Source of the DNA: an uncultured Chloroflexia bacterium
GTDB lineage: Bacteria > Chloroflexota > Anaerolineae > Anaerolineales > UBA4823
Assembly (NCBI GenBank): GCA_963714425.1
Contig: CAVQOI010000001.1
Coordinates: forward strand, 286,938 to 350,937
DNA length: 64,000 nucleotides
Direction of reading: 5' to 3'
The notes below the pieces were generated by a model. That model searched no databases, was not told where the DNA came from, and saw nothing but the letters and a program-made list of their open reading frames with translations. Below are positions 11,017 through 20,154 of the stretch, one piece after another (the first letter of the stretch is position 1; the number at the start of each line of letters is the position of its first letter). A program made the position numbers and the translations under genes.

Positions 11017-12075
11017 CTAACTAGATTCCACGCGCTGGTATAGGATGGCGACAGGTGCGTGGTTGCTTTCAAGCTCATCCAGGTTGGCAATGCGGAGCAT
11101 GCCGCGTTGAGCCAGGTACTCAATGTGCGCCCCGGTTTCCTCGAGTGCAAGCAGTACGTTATAGCCGTAGACTTCGCCAAACAATTCGTCTGAGACCTGG
11201 ACGATCGTGCGAGGTTTTTCCAGTAAATTCAGCACGCTCTGCAAACGCTGTGAATGCATTGCGCGAAGAGCTTTTAAACGTGCAGGCAGGTCGGTGATCA
11301 CTGCGCGGTGGCCTCCCAGTGTCAGGCGGGGGGTACCTGCCCATAACTCCAGTGTGTCAAGCGATTTAAGGTAATGGTCGAGGCCAGTAGAAAGGGTCAG
11401 GCTCTCCGGAGATTGGTGCGGGCTGAGCCCATCCAGCACGTGATCGCCGCTCAGGAGCACATCGTGGAGGCGGATCACGACATGCCCAGCAGAGTGTCCG
11501 GGGACGTGCAGGAACTCAAATGGTCCTATATGCATGCCAGCGGCTTCATAAGTAAAATCAATGCGCACCGAGCTGTACAAGCTCTTGGGAAATTTGTAAA
11601 GATTTATCAATTCTTCGATGCGCCCGGCGGGCACTCCAGCCTCGGCAAGAAAGGTCTCCAGGAGGCGGGTGACGACCACCAGGCGTTCCTCGTAATTCGT
11701 CAGGATGCGCGAGTCGAGCTCGTGCACGCCTACCTGCGCCTGGGTGCGCGGTCTTACGTAGCTCAAACCGCCATAGTGATCGATGTGCCCGTGTGTGATG
11801 AAGACGTGTGTCAAATCAGCAAGGCTGATCGGGAATCCCAGGATATGAGATGCCTGCAGGAAACCGTCTTCGAGGTGCTGATTGGAATCCCCAAATCCTG
11901 ATCCAGTGTCAACCAATACGCGGTATGCCCCATGCAGGGGATCATCTACAAGGACCAAATAGGCATAGCCCCAAAGTATGGGGAAAGTCTGGAGGGGAAT
12001 CTGGAAGATGCGCGCCCCGTCGCTTGTGTGGATTTGCCGCACGCTGCGCGGCGTTGTAGGAGCGAGATCTGTCAT
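11017..12075 (-). CDS. MBL-fold metallo-hydrolase
   Basis: HGHIDHYGG (HxHxDH) plus downstream His/Asp ligands. The start overlaps the TetR stop (12072-12075). Confidence 0.85.
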   Translation of the reverse strand: MTDLAPTTPRSVRQIHTSDGARIFQIPLQTFPILWGYAYLVLVDDPLHGAYRVLVDTGSGFGDSNQHLEDGFLQASHILGFPISLADLTHVFITHGHIDHYGGLSYVRPRTQAQVGVHELDSRILTNYEERLVVVTRLLETFLAEAGVPAGRIEELINLYKFPKSLYSSVRIDFTYEAAGMHIGPFEFLHVPGHSAGHVVIRLHDVLLSGDHVLDGLSPHQSPESLTLSTGLDHYLKSLDTLELWAGTPRLTLGGHRAVITDLPARLKALRAMHSQRLQSVLNLLEKPRTIVQVSDELFGEVYGYNVLLALEETGAHIEYLAQRGMLRIANLDELESNHAPVAILYQRVESS

Positions 12076-12647
12076 TGGGGCGTCTCGCGCATTAATAAAC
12101 CTTGCAAAAGCAGATCAGCAAACTGTTCGGCTATCTGCGAGGGGGTGAGCGGACCTTCTGGGCGGTACCATGTGATCGTCCAGTTGAGCACTCCCAACAG
12201 GTAGCGCGATGCCAGTGCCGGGTCGGAACAGGAAAATATCCCTTCGTTGTAGCCTGATACGATCAGATCGCGCCACACACGCTCGAAGCGATCGCGGCGC
12301 GGGATGTGACTGGCGTGATACTGGGGTTCCAATGAGCGGTGCTCCAACAGCAAGACGGCTGCCAGGTCGATATTCTCCAGCATCAATTGCAGGTAGACGC
12401 TCATCGCCTGGCGCAGCTTCTCGTCGGGGGAGAGTGATTGAGACTGCACACTTTCGATGTGCTCGATGAGCAAATCCAGCGCCCGGTCCAGCAGCGCCGA
12501 TAATATGTCTTGTTTGGAGGAAACGTGATAGTAGAGGCTGGCTTTTTGTAAATTTACAGCTTTGGCGATATCCTGCATGGAGGCAGCGTGAAAGCCCTTC
12601 TCGCGGAAGATTTGCGCCGCCGCGTCCAGGATCTCATCGCGTGTCAT
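12072..12647 (-). CDS. TetR/AcrR family transcriptional regulator
   Basis: N-terminal HTH TRDEILDAAAQIFREKGFHAASMQDIAKAVNLQKASLYYHVSSK. ATG 12647 (or TTG 12650) follows AAGGAGG. Confidence 0.9.
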   Translation of the reverse strand: MTRDEILDAAAQIFREKGFHAASMQDIAKAVNLQKASLYYHVSSKQDILSALLDRALDLLIEHIESVQSQSLSPDEKLRQAMSVYLQLMLENIDLAAVLLLEHRSLEPQYHASHIPRRDRFERVWRDLIVSGYNEGIFSCSDPALASRYLLGVLNWTITWYRPEGPLTPSQIAEQFADLLLQGLLMRETPQ

Positions 12648-12664
12648 CAAGCCTCCTTGCTAAT

Positions 12665-12715
12665 CTACCGACCGTTCGGTAGTTACAGCATAGCAAAAAA
12701 AAGACGGCTTGTCAA
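12665..12715 (-). promoter_or_regulatory. putative TetR promoter with operator palindrome
   Basis: On the minus strand: TTGACA (12715-12710), a 17-nt spacer, then TATGCT (12692-12687). Just downstream is the palindrome CTACCGA-N4-TCGGTAG (12665-12682), which lies before the SD. Confidence 0.5.
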
Positions 12716-13281
12716 GACTTTCTCGCCACCAGGCTCGCCACTGCCTGCGGGTGTCCCTCCCGCGATTCGTCCCAGCCTTCGCGGTAAGCCAGGACCTCCA
12801 GGTGCGGGAACCCGTCCCGCAGCGCGCCTGGAGCCAGCAGGAACGCCGGGTCTCTATCGGGCTGCAGGCTCAGCATTTCCCGCGTGAGCGTCTCGAAAAT
12901 GAGTATTCCCTCTGGGCGCAACGCATCCTCGTAGTGATGCCAGAGATCCGGCTGCAGGTAGTAAAAGTTCAGGATCACATCAAAGCGACAAACTGGTAGA
13001 TAGAACCTGTCCAGATCGGCGATCACTGCCATAAGTGCGGGCTGGCTTATTTTGGCACGAGCCACCGCCACGCTCGAGATATCGACGCCGATCACGCGCA
13101 GGCCGCGCTCAAGCATGAAAGCAGCATTGCCGCCCAGGCCCATAGCGACATCCAATGCCAGACCTGTGGAGGGCAACCAGTGCGCCTGGTCGATTAAGAA
13201 AGGGCGCGGCTGGGTAAAGGTTGCATAGCGAGCATCTTGCGAATAACGCTCATTCCAACGCCGGGCGTCATCCAAAGGCAT
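12712..13281 (-). CDS. class I SAM-dependent methyltransferase
   Basis: ORF 12712..13383. ATG 13281 lies 2 nt after the kinase stop. Motif I LDVAMGLGGNA and a post-I VIGVDIS. Confidence 0.8.
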   Translation of the reverse strand: MPLDDARRWNERYSQDARYATFTQPRPFLIDQAHWLPSTGLALDVAMGLGGNAAFMLERGLRVIGVDISSVAVARAKISQPALMAVIADLDRFYLPVCRFDVILNFYYLQPDLWHHYEDALRPEGILIFETLTREMLSLQPDRDPAFLLAPGALRDGFPHLEVLAYREGWDESREGHPQAVASLVARKS

Positions 13282-13283
13282 GT

Positions 13284-14492
13284 TTATTGGACTATGGGAA
13301 GATGAACTGTAAAGGTAGTGCCTTCGCCATCCTGGCTGCGCAGCTCGATAGTCCCCTGATGAGCCTGGACGATGCGCTTGCACAAGAACAATCCCAAGCC
13401 ACTGCCCTGGGTGGATTGCTCGGTGTTCGGCACACGGTAAAATTTTTCGAAGATCATGGGTTGGTATTCTTGCGGGATGCCGACCCCATTATCACTAACC
13501 GCAATCGATGCCTCACCGTTGGAACTCTCCAGCGCCAGGTTGATCTTTCCCCCTGGGGGGGTGTATTTGATGGCGTTGCTCAACAGGTTGATTACGACCT
13601 GTTTCAGGCGGGCGCGATCCCCTTGGATCACTAACGGACTGTTTGCAATGGACGTCTCCAGGGCGAGATCTTTTTCTTGTACTTTCCCATGCATAACCTG
13701 GATGCAGTCCTGAATTACTTCCTGCAAATCAACCTGGCTGACCTGGTACGGCGAGCGACCCGATTCAATGCGCGCCAGGTCCAGATAATTGGTTGCCATC
13801 TCTGAAAGTCGGTTGAGCTCGCGTTGCATGATCACAAAATAGTTCTCGCGTTTTTCGCTGCTCAATTTATTGGACTGGATCAAGTGGACGGCTGCACTCA
13901 GGGAAGTGAGCGGTGTGCGCAACTCGTGGACCAGCTCCGAGATCAGGTCGGACTGCTGGAAGAGTCGTGCATTTTCGATCGCAACGGCTGCCTGTGAACC
14001 CAATCCCAGAAGCAATGCCTGGTCCTGATCGGTGAACTTGCCATCCCGCTTATTGATGGCTTCGAGCACGCCGATGACTTTGTCTTTCGTGATGAGTGGG
14101 ACGCCAAGCAGTGAATCGGTCTGAATATTGGTCGCCTTACCGATCTGCTTGAAGTGGCGCGGGTCTTGTTGCGCATTGTTAATGATCACGGGCTTGCGCT
14201 GTGTGACGATCCAGCCTGCGATGCTCGATTCGACCGGGACGGATAAACCCCGCATGAGCGGTGTTTCCAGGTTGGTCGACGATTGGAAGTGCAGTGTGCC
14301 GTTCGCTTCATCGGTGAGCAGAATGGATGCCGCCTCCGCATCACTCAGGTCAGCTGCAGCCTGTACAATCCGGTCAAGTAGCGCTTCCAAATCCAGGGTG
14401 GATGCCAGATCATTGGAGATCTCTATCAGCTTTTGGTAGCGGGTCAACAGGTTATAGGCTTGCGGTTCAGTCACCCAAAACCTCTCTGGCAA
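13284..14492 (-). CDS. GAF-domain sensor histidine kinase
   Basis: N-terminal GAF domain, H-box HELRTPLTSL, N-box LLSNAIKYT, and G-boxes DNGVGI and GSGLGL. Confidence 0.9.
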   Translation of the reverse strand: MPERFWVTEPQAYNLLTRYQKLIEISNDLASTLDLEALLDRIVQAAADLSDAEAASILLTDEANGTLHFQSSTNLETPLMRGLSVPVESSIAGWIVTQRKPVIINNAQQDPRHFKQIGKATNIQTDSLLGVPLITKDKVIGVLEAINKRDGKFTDQDQALLLGLGSQAAVAIENARLFQQSDLISELVHELRTPLTSLSAAVHLIQSNKLSSEKRENYFVIMQRELNRLSEMATNYLDLARIESGRSPYQVSQVDLQEVIQDCIQVMHGKVQEKDLALETSIANSPLVIQGDRARLKQVVINLLSNAIKYTPPGGKINLALESSNGEASIAVSDNGVGIPQEYQPMIFEKFYRVPNTEQSTQGSGLGLFLCKRIVQAHQGTIELRSQDGEGTTFTVHLPIVQ

Positions 14493-15243
14493 TCTGCGGA
14501 ATGATTATAGCTACGTCCTCATTGAAAACTACGTCAGCTCGCACGTCGAGATAGGTAGCCGTGTTGTTGATGATAATCAAATGTGCGCCGCTCTCCACCG
14601 CGCGCATTGGAAGGCTTGCAACTGGCAAGACTTCGAGTGACGAACCAGCTACGATCATGAGATCGCAACCCCTGCTGGCTTCGACAGCTTGGAGCCAGGG
14701 GGCGTGGGGGAGCTGCTCTCCGAACAGGACAACGTCAGGCTTGAGCACATTCGTACAACGTGGGCAAACCGGAATGGTCCCATCTTGGATGAACGCTTGT
14801 GAATACTGCTCGGCAGATACCTGCTGGAAACAACCGCCACATGTCATTGTCTCCATTGATCCGTGAACCTCCAGCACGTTCTGAGAACCAGCGCGCTGGT
14901 GCAAGCGGTCGATGTTTTGCGTAATGATCGTATGTATTCTTCCACTTTTCTCAAGTCGCGCCAGACCGATGTGCGCCGGATTAGGTTTGGCAGCATAGAT
15001 GGTGTTCGCCAATGGGCGCAGCCAATCGTAGAATTGTTGGGGTTTGTAGCGGAATGCTGAGAGCGACGCCACCTCGAATGGGTCATAGCGTTCCCACAAC
15101 CCCCCTTCATTGGACCGGAAATCGGGAATACCAGAAGGGGTTGAAACGCCAGCGCCAGTCAGGACAACCGAATGATGGCTGGCATTAAGGATGTCAGCAG
15201 CGTATAGGATCCTTTCATGGATCCTTGTGGAGAGCTCAATCAT
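14467..15243 (-). CDS. cobB: NAD-dependent protein deacylase (Sir2/CobB family)
   Basis: GAGVSTPSGIPDFRS, a catalytic His in LEVHGS, and the zinc-ribbon cysteines CGGC...CPRC. Confidence 0.88.
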   Translation of the reverse strand: MIELSTRIHERILYAADILNASHHSVVLTGAGVSTPSGIPDFRSNEGGLWERYDPFEVASLSAFRYKPQQFYDWLRPLANTIYAAKPNPAHIGLARLEKSGRIHTIITQNIDRLHQRAGSQNVLEVHGSMETMTCGGCFQQVSAEQYSQAFIQDGTIPVCPRCTNVLKPDVVLFGEQLPHAPWLQAVEASRGCDLMIVAGSSLEVLPVASLPMRAVESGAHLIIINNTATYLDVRADVVFNEDVAIIIPQIAREVLGD

Positions 15244-15244
15244 G

Positions 15245-16393
15245 CTACCGGCTACGTTGGGTAACCCTTTCCGCCAGTTTACTAAATTGCTGAGATGTCA
15301 GACTGTCCGGCTGCTGAAGTACGATCGGCAGGTTGTGTTCTGAGGCTTGGTACGCCAGCTCGGGGGCGGGAGTAAAAATCACGGCAATGTTGTGCTGGAT
15401 TTGCTCCTGCACCTGGCTCCATGAGAGCTGCACACCGGAGCGGATGCGATTCACCAAAACCAATGTGATCCTGCCTTCACCCACACCCAGGTTGATCAGA
15501 TCGTTAATTAGCGCTTTGGTCTGCACGATGGTCTGGGGAACGGGCTCGACAATCACGATTATTTCGTCACAGAGCTGGACAACCTTCTCAGTGATGGGGG
15601 TAATGGATGGTCCTAAATCCACGATGGTATAGCGTGCCATGAATGCCAGCTGTCGGGCGATGGCTTCGAAGGTCCCTACTGCGGCTACCTGCTGTCCATC
15701 TTTCGGCTGGTATGAGGCAAGTAACAGTTGTATCCCAGATGGGTGGACGGTCAGCTCGTTTTCGATCTCGCGTACTCGGATATCGGAGGGGGTCTTAGCG
15801 AGCAGGTGATTCAACCCTTCGGGTTTCAAATATCCCAGTTCCAGACTGATGGTGCCTTGACCAGGGCGAAATTCAGCAACGATCACCGGTTTGCTTGTCT
15901 CTTCGCGTAAAGCCACCCCCAGATTCAGAGCCAGTGTGGTCACCCCCAGACCACCTTTTGCGGCGATCACGCCAAGCATGTAGCCCTTTTCACCGGCTGG
16001 TGTCGCAGGGCTAGTGCGCTTGGTTGACCGTCCAAGAACAGCGCGCATGTGGGCGAAAAGTTCCCGGGGTTGGGTAGGCTTGGTCAGATAATCGTCCGCT
16101 CCCGCTTCGAAGCCCGCTACCTTGTCGTCCACCTGGGTCTTGGCGGTGAACATGATGATCGGCACTTCTGATGTGGCCGGATCTGCCCGGAGACGGCGCG
16201 CCACTTCATAGCCGTCCATCTCTGGCATCATAATGTCTAATAGAATCAGATCTGGCAATTCTGCCTGCGCCAGAGAGAGAGCTTGTAATCCGTTATTTGC
16301 CGCGCGCACTTCGTATCCTTGGCGCTGCAACATCAACCCGACAAGGCGTAGCGTATCCATGTCATCGTCGACGAGTAAGATCTTCTCAGCCAT
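15245..16393 (-). CDS. response regulator receiver fused to a CpaE/MinD-like domain with degenerate P-loop
   Basis: REC domain (LLVDDD...LILLDIMMPEMDG...TAK). The C-terminal domain has AKGGLGVTT where MinD/ParA proteins have KGGxGK[ST]T. Confidence 0.85.
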   Translation of the reverse strand: MAEKILLVDDDMDTLRLVGLMLQRQGYEVRAANNGLQALSLAQAELPDLILLDIMMPEMDGYEVARRLRADPATSEVPIIMFTAKTQVDDKVAGFEAGADDYLTKPTQPRELFAHMRAVLGRSTKRTSPATPAGEKGYMLGVIAAKGGLGVTTLALNLGVALREETSKPVIVAEFRPGQGTISLELGYLKPEGLNHLLAKTPSDIRVREIENELTVHPSGIQLLLASYQPKDGQQVAAVGTFEAIARQLAFMARYTIVDLGPSITPITEKVVQLCDEIIVIVEPVPQTIVQTKALINDLINLGVGEGRITLVLVNRIRSGVQLSWSQVQEQIQHNIAVIFTPAPELAYQASEHNLPIVLQQPDSLTSQQFSKLAERVTQRSR

Positions 16394-16582
16394 AGCGTGC
16401 TCCTTCTCGAGTCTATATTCTAAATCAGTCTAGCATAAAAGCCAAATTCTATGCAAGCAACTTGCCAATTCGTAAGCCTTAGATTTACGCAAGCTAAAAT
16501 GAGCGGATTTATTTGTCTTTGCGATCTATGATGTGTGACCCCTCCACGCTCGCAGCATAATTCACGCTATAATTTATATACG

Positions 16583-18013
16583 ATGCTAACCCGGTTGAAT
16601 TCAATTTTACAACACAAATGCTTGATCGTAGCTGGCAAACCTCTGTTGGTTGGAGTATCGGGCGGCCCTGATAGCCTGTGTTTGCTGGACTTGCTATACC
16701 GCTTGGGTATTCCTCTGGGGGTAGCCCACTTCAACCACCAACTGCGGGAGCAGGCGTTGCAGGATTCTCTCCAGGTTGAGCGATTGGCAAGCGAACTTAA
16801 GCTGGGGTTTGTATCTGCATCCATGGATGTAGCGGCATTCGCGCAGGAAAATTCCCTCTCCATCGAAGAAGCGGCGCGCGAGCTCCGGTATCGCTTTTTG
16901 TTCAGCGAAGCCAGGCGAGGCGGGTTTCAGGCAGTGGCTGTAGGCCACAGTGCCGACGATCAGGTGGAGACCGTCTTAATGCACCTGCTGCGAGGTGCCG
17001 GTCGCGATGGTTTGGTGGGCATGCCCTACCGCCTGCAGCCTAACCCATGGGATGCAGAAATCCCTCTTATCCGCCCTCTGCTAGATTTTTGGCGGGAGGA
17101 AATCCAGGCTTATATCAGCGAGCGCGACCTGCAGCCAGTGGTTGATGAGAGCAACCTGGATGTGTCTTATCACCGCAACCGCCTGCGCCTCGAGACGATT
17201 CCTTACCTGGAAGGGATTAATGCCCAGATTAGGAAATCTCTCTGGAGAATGGCGGATGTCTTGCGCGAGGAGGGGCGCCTGCTAGATGAATTGACCCGGC
17301 AGGGATGGGATGTGTGCGTGCCGGAGGAAGGTCCCGGCTACTTTGCCTTCGAGCAAACGATTTTCGCGAGCCAGGAGATTGGCCTGCAGCGGCGCTTGAT
17401 CCGGAACGCCATGCTGAGGTTGGTGCCGGGCTTGCGGGATTTAGACTTCGAGACTGTGGAGCGCGGTAGGAGGTTCCTGGCCGAAGCGGGCCGGATGGGG
17501 AGGTGCAGTCTAATTGGCGGCTTGTCCTTGCTGCGTGAAGTTGGGCGTGTGTGGCTATGCTCCCAGGAAGCGCAGCTGCCAACGAGCGATTGGCCGCAGA
17601 CGTGCTCCACAGAAGTTGAGACACTCACCATCCCTGGGGTGGTGCCGATGCAGGCGGGCTGGGTCTTGCAAGCGGAGATCGTCTTGAATCCCCCTCAGGA
17701 TTATCGCGCCAATCAGGACCGCTTCCTGGTGTGGTTGGAAGCAGCTTCCCTGCCAGACGAGCTGTATGTGCGCCGGCGGCAGCGGGGAGACCGGATACAG
17801 CCATTAGGTTTACAAGGTCGCTCGGCAAAAGTCTCCGACCTTATGGTCAATGCTAAAATCCCGCAGCGTGCGCGCGACGGCTGGCCGCTGGTGTGTGCCG
17901 GGGAAGAGATCGTTTGGGTTCCCGGGTGCCGGCAGGGGATGACAGGGCGCGTCCAGGCAAACACAGAGCGGTTTCTACGCCTGAGCTTGAAAAAAACAGG
18001 TTTTCGTGCATAA
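16583..18013 (+). CDS. tilS: tRNA(Ile)-lysidine synthase
   Basis: PP-loop VGVSGGPDSLCL plus the TilS substrate-binding and C-terminal domains. ATG 16583 is preferred over GTG 16535. A TATAAT at 16568-16573 lies only 9 nt upstream of that ATG. Confidence 0.88.
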   Translation: MLTRLNSILQHKCLIVAGKPLLVGVSGGPDSLCLLDLLYRLGIPLGVAHFNHQLREQALQDSLQVERLASELKLGFVSASMDVAAFAQENSLSIEEAARELRYRFLFSEARRGGFQAVAVGHSADDQVETVLMHLLRGAGRDGLVGMPYRLQPNPWDAEIPLIRPLLDFWREEIQAYISERDLQPVVDESNLDVSYHRNRLRLETIPYLEGINAQIRKSLWRMADVLREEGRLLDELTRQGWDVCVPEEGPGYFAFEQTIFASQEIGLQRRLIRNAMLRLVPGLRDLDFETVERGRRFLAEAGRMGRCSLIGGLSLLREVGRVWLCSQEAQLPTSDWPQTCSTEVETLTIPGVVPMQAGWVLQAEIVLNPPQDYRANQDRFLVWLEAASLPDELYVRRRQRGDRIQPLGLQGRSAKVSDLMVNAKIPQRARDGWPLVCAGEEIVWVPGCRQGMTGRVQANTERFLRLSLKKTGFRA

Positions 18014-18020
18014 TGGTGAT

Positions 18021-19001
18021 ATGGCGGTAGATCAATTCGGACGGTGGATTCATTATTTACGCATCAGCCTGACCGATCATTGTAACTTGCGCTGCATTTA
18101 CTGTATGCCCGAAGACATTACCTTCCGGCCGAACGCAGAGCTGATGCAGGATGACGAGATTCTTACCCTGGTGGAGCTTTTTGCAGGGTTAGGGTTCGAC
18201 AAGATCCGTCTCACCGGAGGCGAGCCAACCGTACGCCAGGGGGTTGTCGAGCTGGTGCGCCAGATCGCGAACACACCCGGCATCCGCACAGTAACCATGA
18301 CCTCCAATGGGGTGTTATTCGAGCGCCTGGCGGAGCCACTGGCACAGGCTGGGCTGCGGAGAGTAAATTTCAGCCTGGACAGCCTCGATCCGCAAAAATT
18401 CGAGCGCCTCACTCGCCGTGGGTCGTTGGAACAAGTATTTGAAGGGATTTTCGCGGCCGAAAAAGCTGGGCTGACACCCATTAAAGTGAATGCAGTGGTT
18501 GTGCGCGATTACAGCGACGCAGATGTGGTCGACCTGGCACGCTTAACCTACGATCACCCGTGGCAGGTGCGTTTTATCGAGATGATGCCCTTTGCAGGAG
18601 CGACGGAGTTCCAGCGCTCGCAGGTGGTCACCGCAGACGAGATCAAGCAGCAGGTGGAAAAGAGCTTGGGAAGTTTGGAACCAGTTAATGAGGGCAGGCT
18701 CGATGGGGAAGCACGGCTTTATCGTTTGCCAAAGTCGCTTGGCGATCTGGGATTTATCTCCTCGGTGAGCCAGCCTTTCTGTGCTGACTGCACGCGGGCT
18801 CGCCTGACAGCGGATGGGCGCCTGCGCCTTTGCCTTTTACGCGAGGATGAAGTGGATCTGCTCGGACCGCTGCGAGCCGGCGCTACGCTGGCTGAGATGC
18901 GCCAGATCATCCTGGAAGGTATCTGGCACAAGCCCTGGGGTAATCGCCTGGCGCAGGGGGAAGTGCCTCTTAACCGCCTCATGAGCGAGATTGGAGGTTA
19001 G
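18021..19001 (+). CDS. moaA: GTP 3',8-cyclase (molybdenum cofactor biosynthesis protein A)
   Basis: Radical SAM motif CNLRCIYC, the YLRISLTDHCN N-terminus and the C-terminal Cys cluster CADCTRARLT. An alternative GTG start lies at 18006. Confidence 0.92.
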   Translation: MAVDQFGRWIHYLRISLTDHCNLRCIYCMPEDITFRPNAELMQDDEILTLVELFAGLGFDKIRLTGGEPTVRQGVVELVRQIANTPGIRTVTMTSNGVLFERLAEPLAQAGLRRVNFSLDSLDPQKFERLTRRGSLEQVFEGIFAAEKAGLTPIKVNAVVVRDYSDADVVDLARLTYDHPWQVRFIEMMPFAGATEFQRSQVVTADEIKQQVEKSLGSLEPVNEGRLDGEARLYRLPKSLGDLGFISSVSQPFCADCTRARLTADGRLRLCLLREDEVDLLGPLRAGATLAEMRQIILEGIWHKPWGNRLAQGEVPLNRLMSEIGG

Positions 19002-19037
19002 AAAAAAGCGGGCCAAGCCCGCTTTTTTCTAACCTCC
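18993..19037. terminator. 45-bp perfect palindrome / bidirectional intrinsic terminator
   Basis: GGAGGTTAGAAAAAAGCGGGC (18993-19013), loop CAA, then GCCCGCTTTTTTCTAACCTCC (19017-19037). The GC core is flanked by A6/T6. Confidence 0.85.
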
Positions 19038-19922
19038 AGAGAGTCTCTCCAGCTTCATGCTGATCTCCCGCCATTGAACCTTCGAGATGCCGAGCTTTTG
19101 GCGGATCTTCTCCTTCTCCATGCCCGACTCCCAATCACTCAGAGCGCTGGTCCAGCGGCACATATCGAAAGACATGTGCTTGTCGAGTCCAGCGTCCTCA
19201 CCAAGGTCTTCAAGCAGGTATTCGAGGCGGCGTTGCGACCACGGGAACAGGCGATCGTCGAGCGCATATTGGCTATGATACTCATGATAGGCGCTCAACC
19301 AGCTTTCGGAGAGTGGGATTTTTCGCTCCTTATAGCGATGCTGCGGGCTGGCATAGCGCACAAACAGCTGCGGTCCGGAGGGCGAATCAAGATCGACGTG
19401 ATTAAGGCTGACGGTGACGCACTCGCCCTTCTTTATTCCGGTTTCCAGCAGCAGGGCAACCAGGGCATAGGGGCGCGCGTCAGGTTTGTCCTGGCGGCGC
19501 ACTTTTTCTGCTGCAGTCAAGACAGCCTCCACCTCGTCTGGCGTGAGCACCTGCGGTAAGGGGCTGAGAACGGATTTCTGCGGCACTTTCTCCGCAGGGT
19601 CTACCAGGGTAGCTCCATTTTTGTGCAGCCAGCGAAAGAAGGCTTTTAGAGCGGTAATGCGGCGGGAGAGAGTTTTTGGGCTGCACGGAACGCCGCGAGC
19701 GTTTTGCATCCAGTCAAGGAAAGCGTTCAGGTCGGTGGTGTTGATCTCTCCAAGCGGCTGGTCCGGCGGAAGGTAGGAAGCCAGCAAGCGCAGGTCAGCG
19801 GTGAATGCTTTCACAGTATGCACAGAATTGCCCTGATCCTCCAGGAAAATGCGCCAGGCATTGATGGTGGGAATGAGCAGGGAGCTCGAGGTAATATGTG
19901 CAGAAGGAGAAGTGGATGTCAT
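19029..19922 (-). CDS. tyrosine-recombinase-like protein lacking canonical catalytic residues
   Basis: N-terminal SAM-like core-binding domain (HTVKAFTADLRLLASYL...LSRRITALKAFFRWL). In the C-terminal fold, box I is TGIKKGE (no Arg), box II is FDMCRWTSA, and there is no Tyr in the last ~40 aa. Confidence 0.7.
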   Translation of the reverse strand: MTSTSPSAHITSSSLLIPTINAWRIFLEDQGNSVHTVKAFTADLRLLASYLPPDQPLGEINTTDLNAFLDWMQNARGVPCSPKTLSRRITALKAFFRWLHKNGATLVDPAEKVPQKSVLSPLPQVLTPDEVEAVLTAAEKVRRQDKPDARPYALVALLLETGIKKGECVTVSLNHVDLDSPSGPQLFVRYASPQHRYKERKIPLSESWLSAYHEYHSQYALDDRLFPWSQRRLEYLLEDLGEDAGLDKHMSFDMCRWTSALSDWESGMEKEKIRQKLGISKVQWREISMKLERLSGG

Positions 19923-20154
19923 CGAAACCTCCAGATGGACAAAAAATTCGTATAGCCAAAGATGCGCATAGTTTAATGTAGAAAGAGTTTTCTGTCAACA
20001 CCTTTCCCCCCACATCCAGAACATAACTTTCGAGCGCAGGCTCTATGGTACGGTAGTACTAAATGCTGATTGACAAGTTCAGGACAGATGCGTATCCTAT
20101 CGCAATCGGACAATTAGCGTCCAAATTATAACAATTGCAGTGGAGGATATTGGT

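Noticed and set aside
14467-15243. Sir2-domain protein considered as an anti-phage effector (Thoeris ThsA / DSR-like)
   Set aside because: It is a compact 258-aa canonical sirtuin with a Zn-ribbon and no SLOG, TIR or extra N-terminal domain. It is embedded in a two-component operon, with no ThsB-like or other defence neighbours.
19029-19922. Integrase-like gene as a marker of a prophage or integrative element
   Set aside because: There is no adjacent tRNA, direct repeats or phage/IS genes. The neighbours (moaA, CHRD) look chromosomal and the catalytic residues are missing. It is treated as a domesticated or degenerate recombinase instead.
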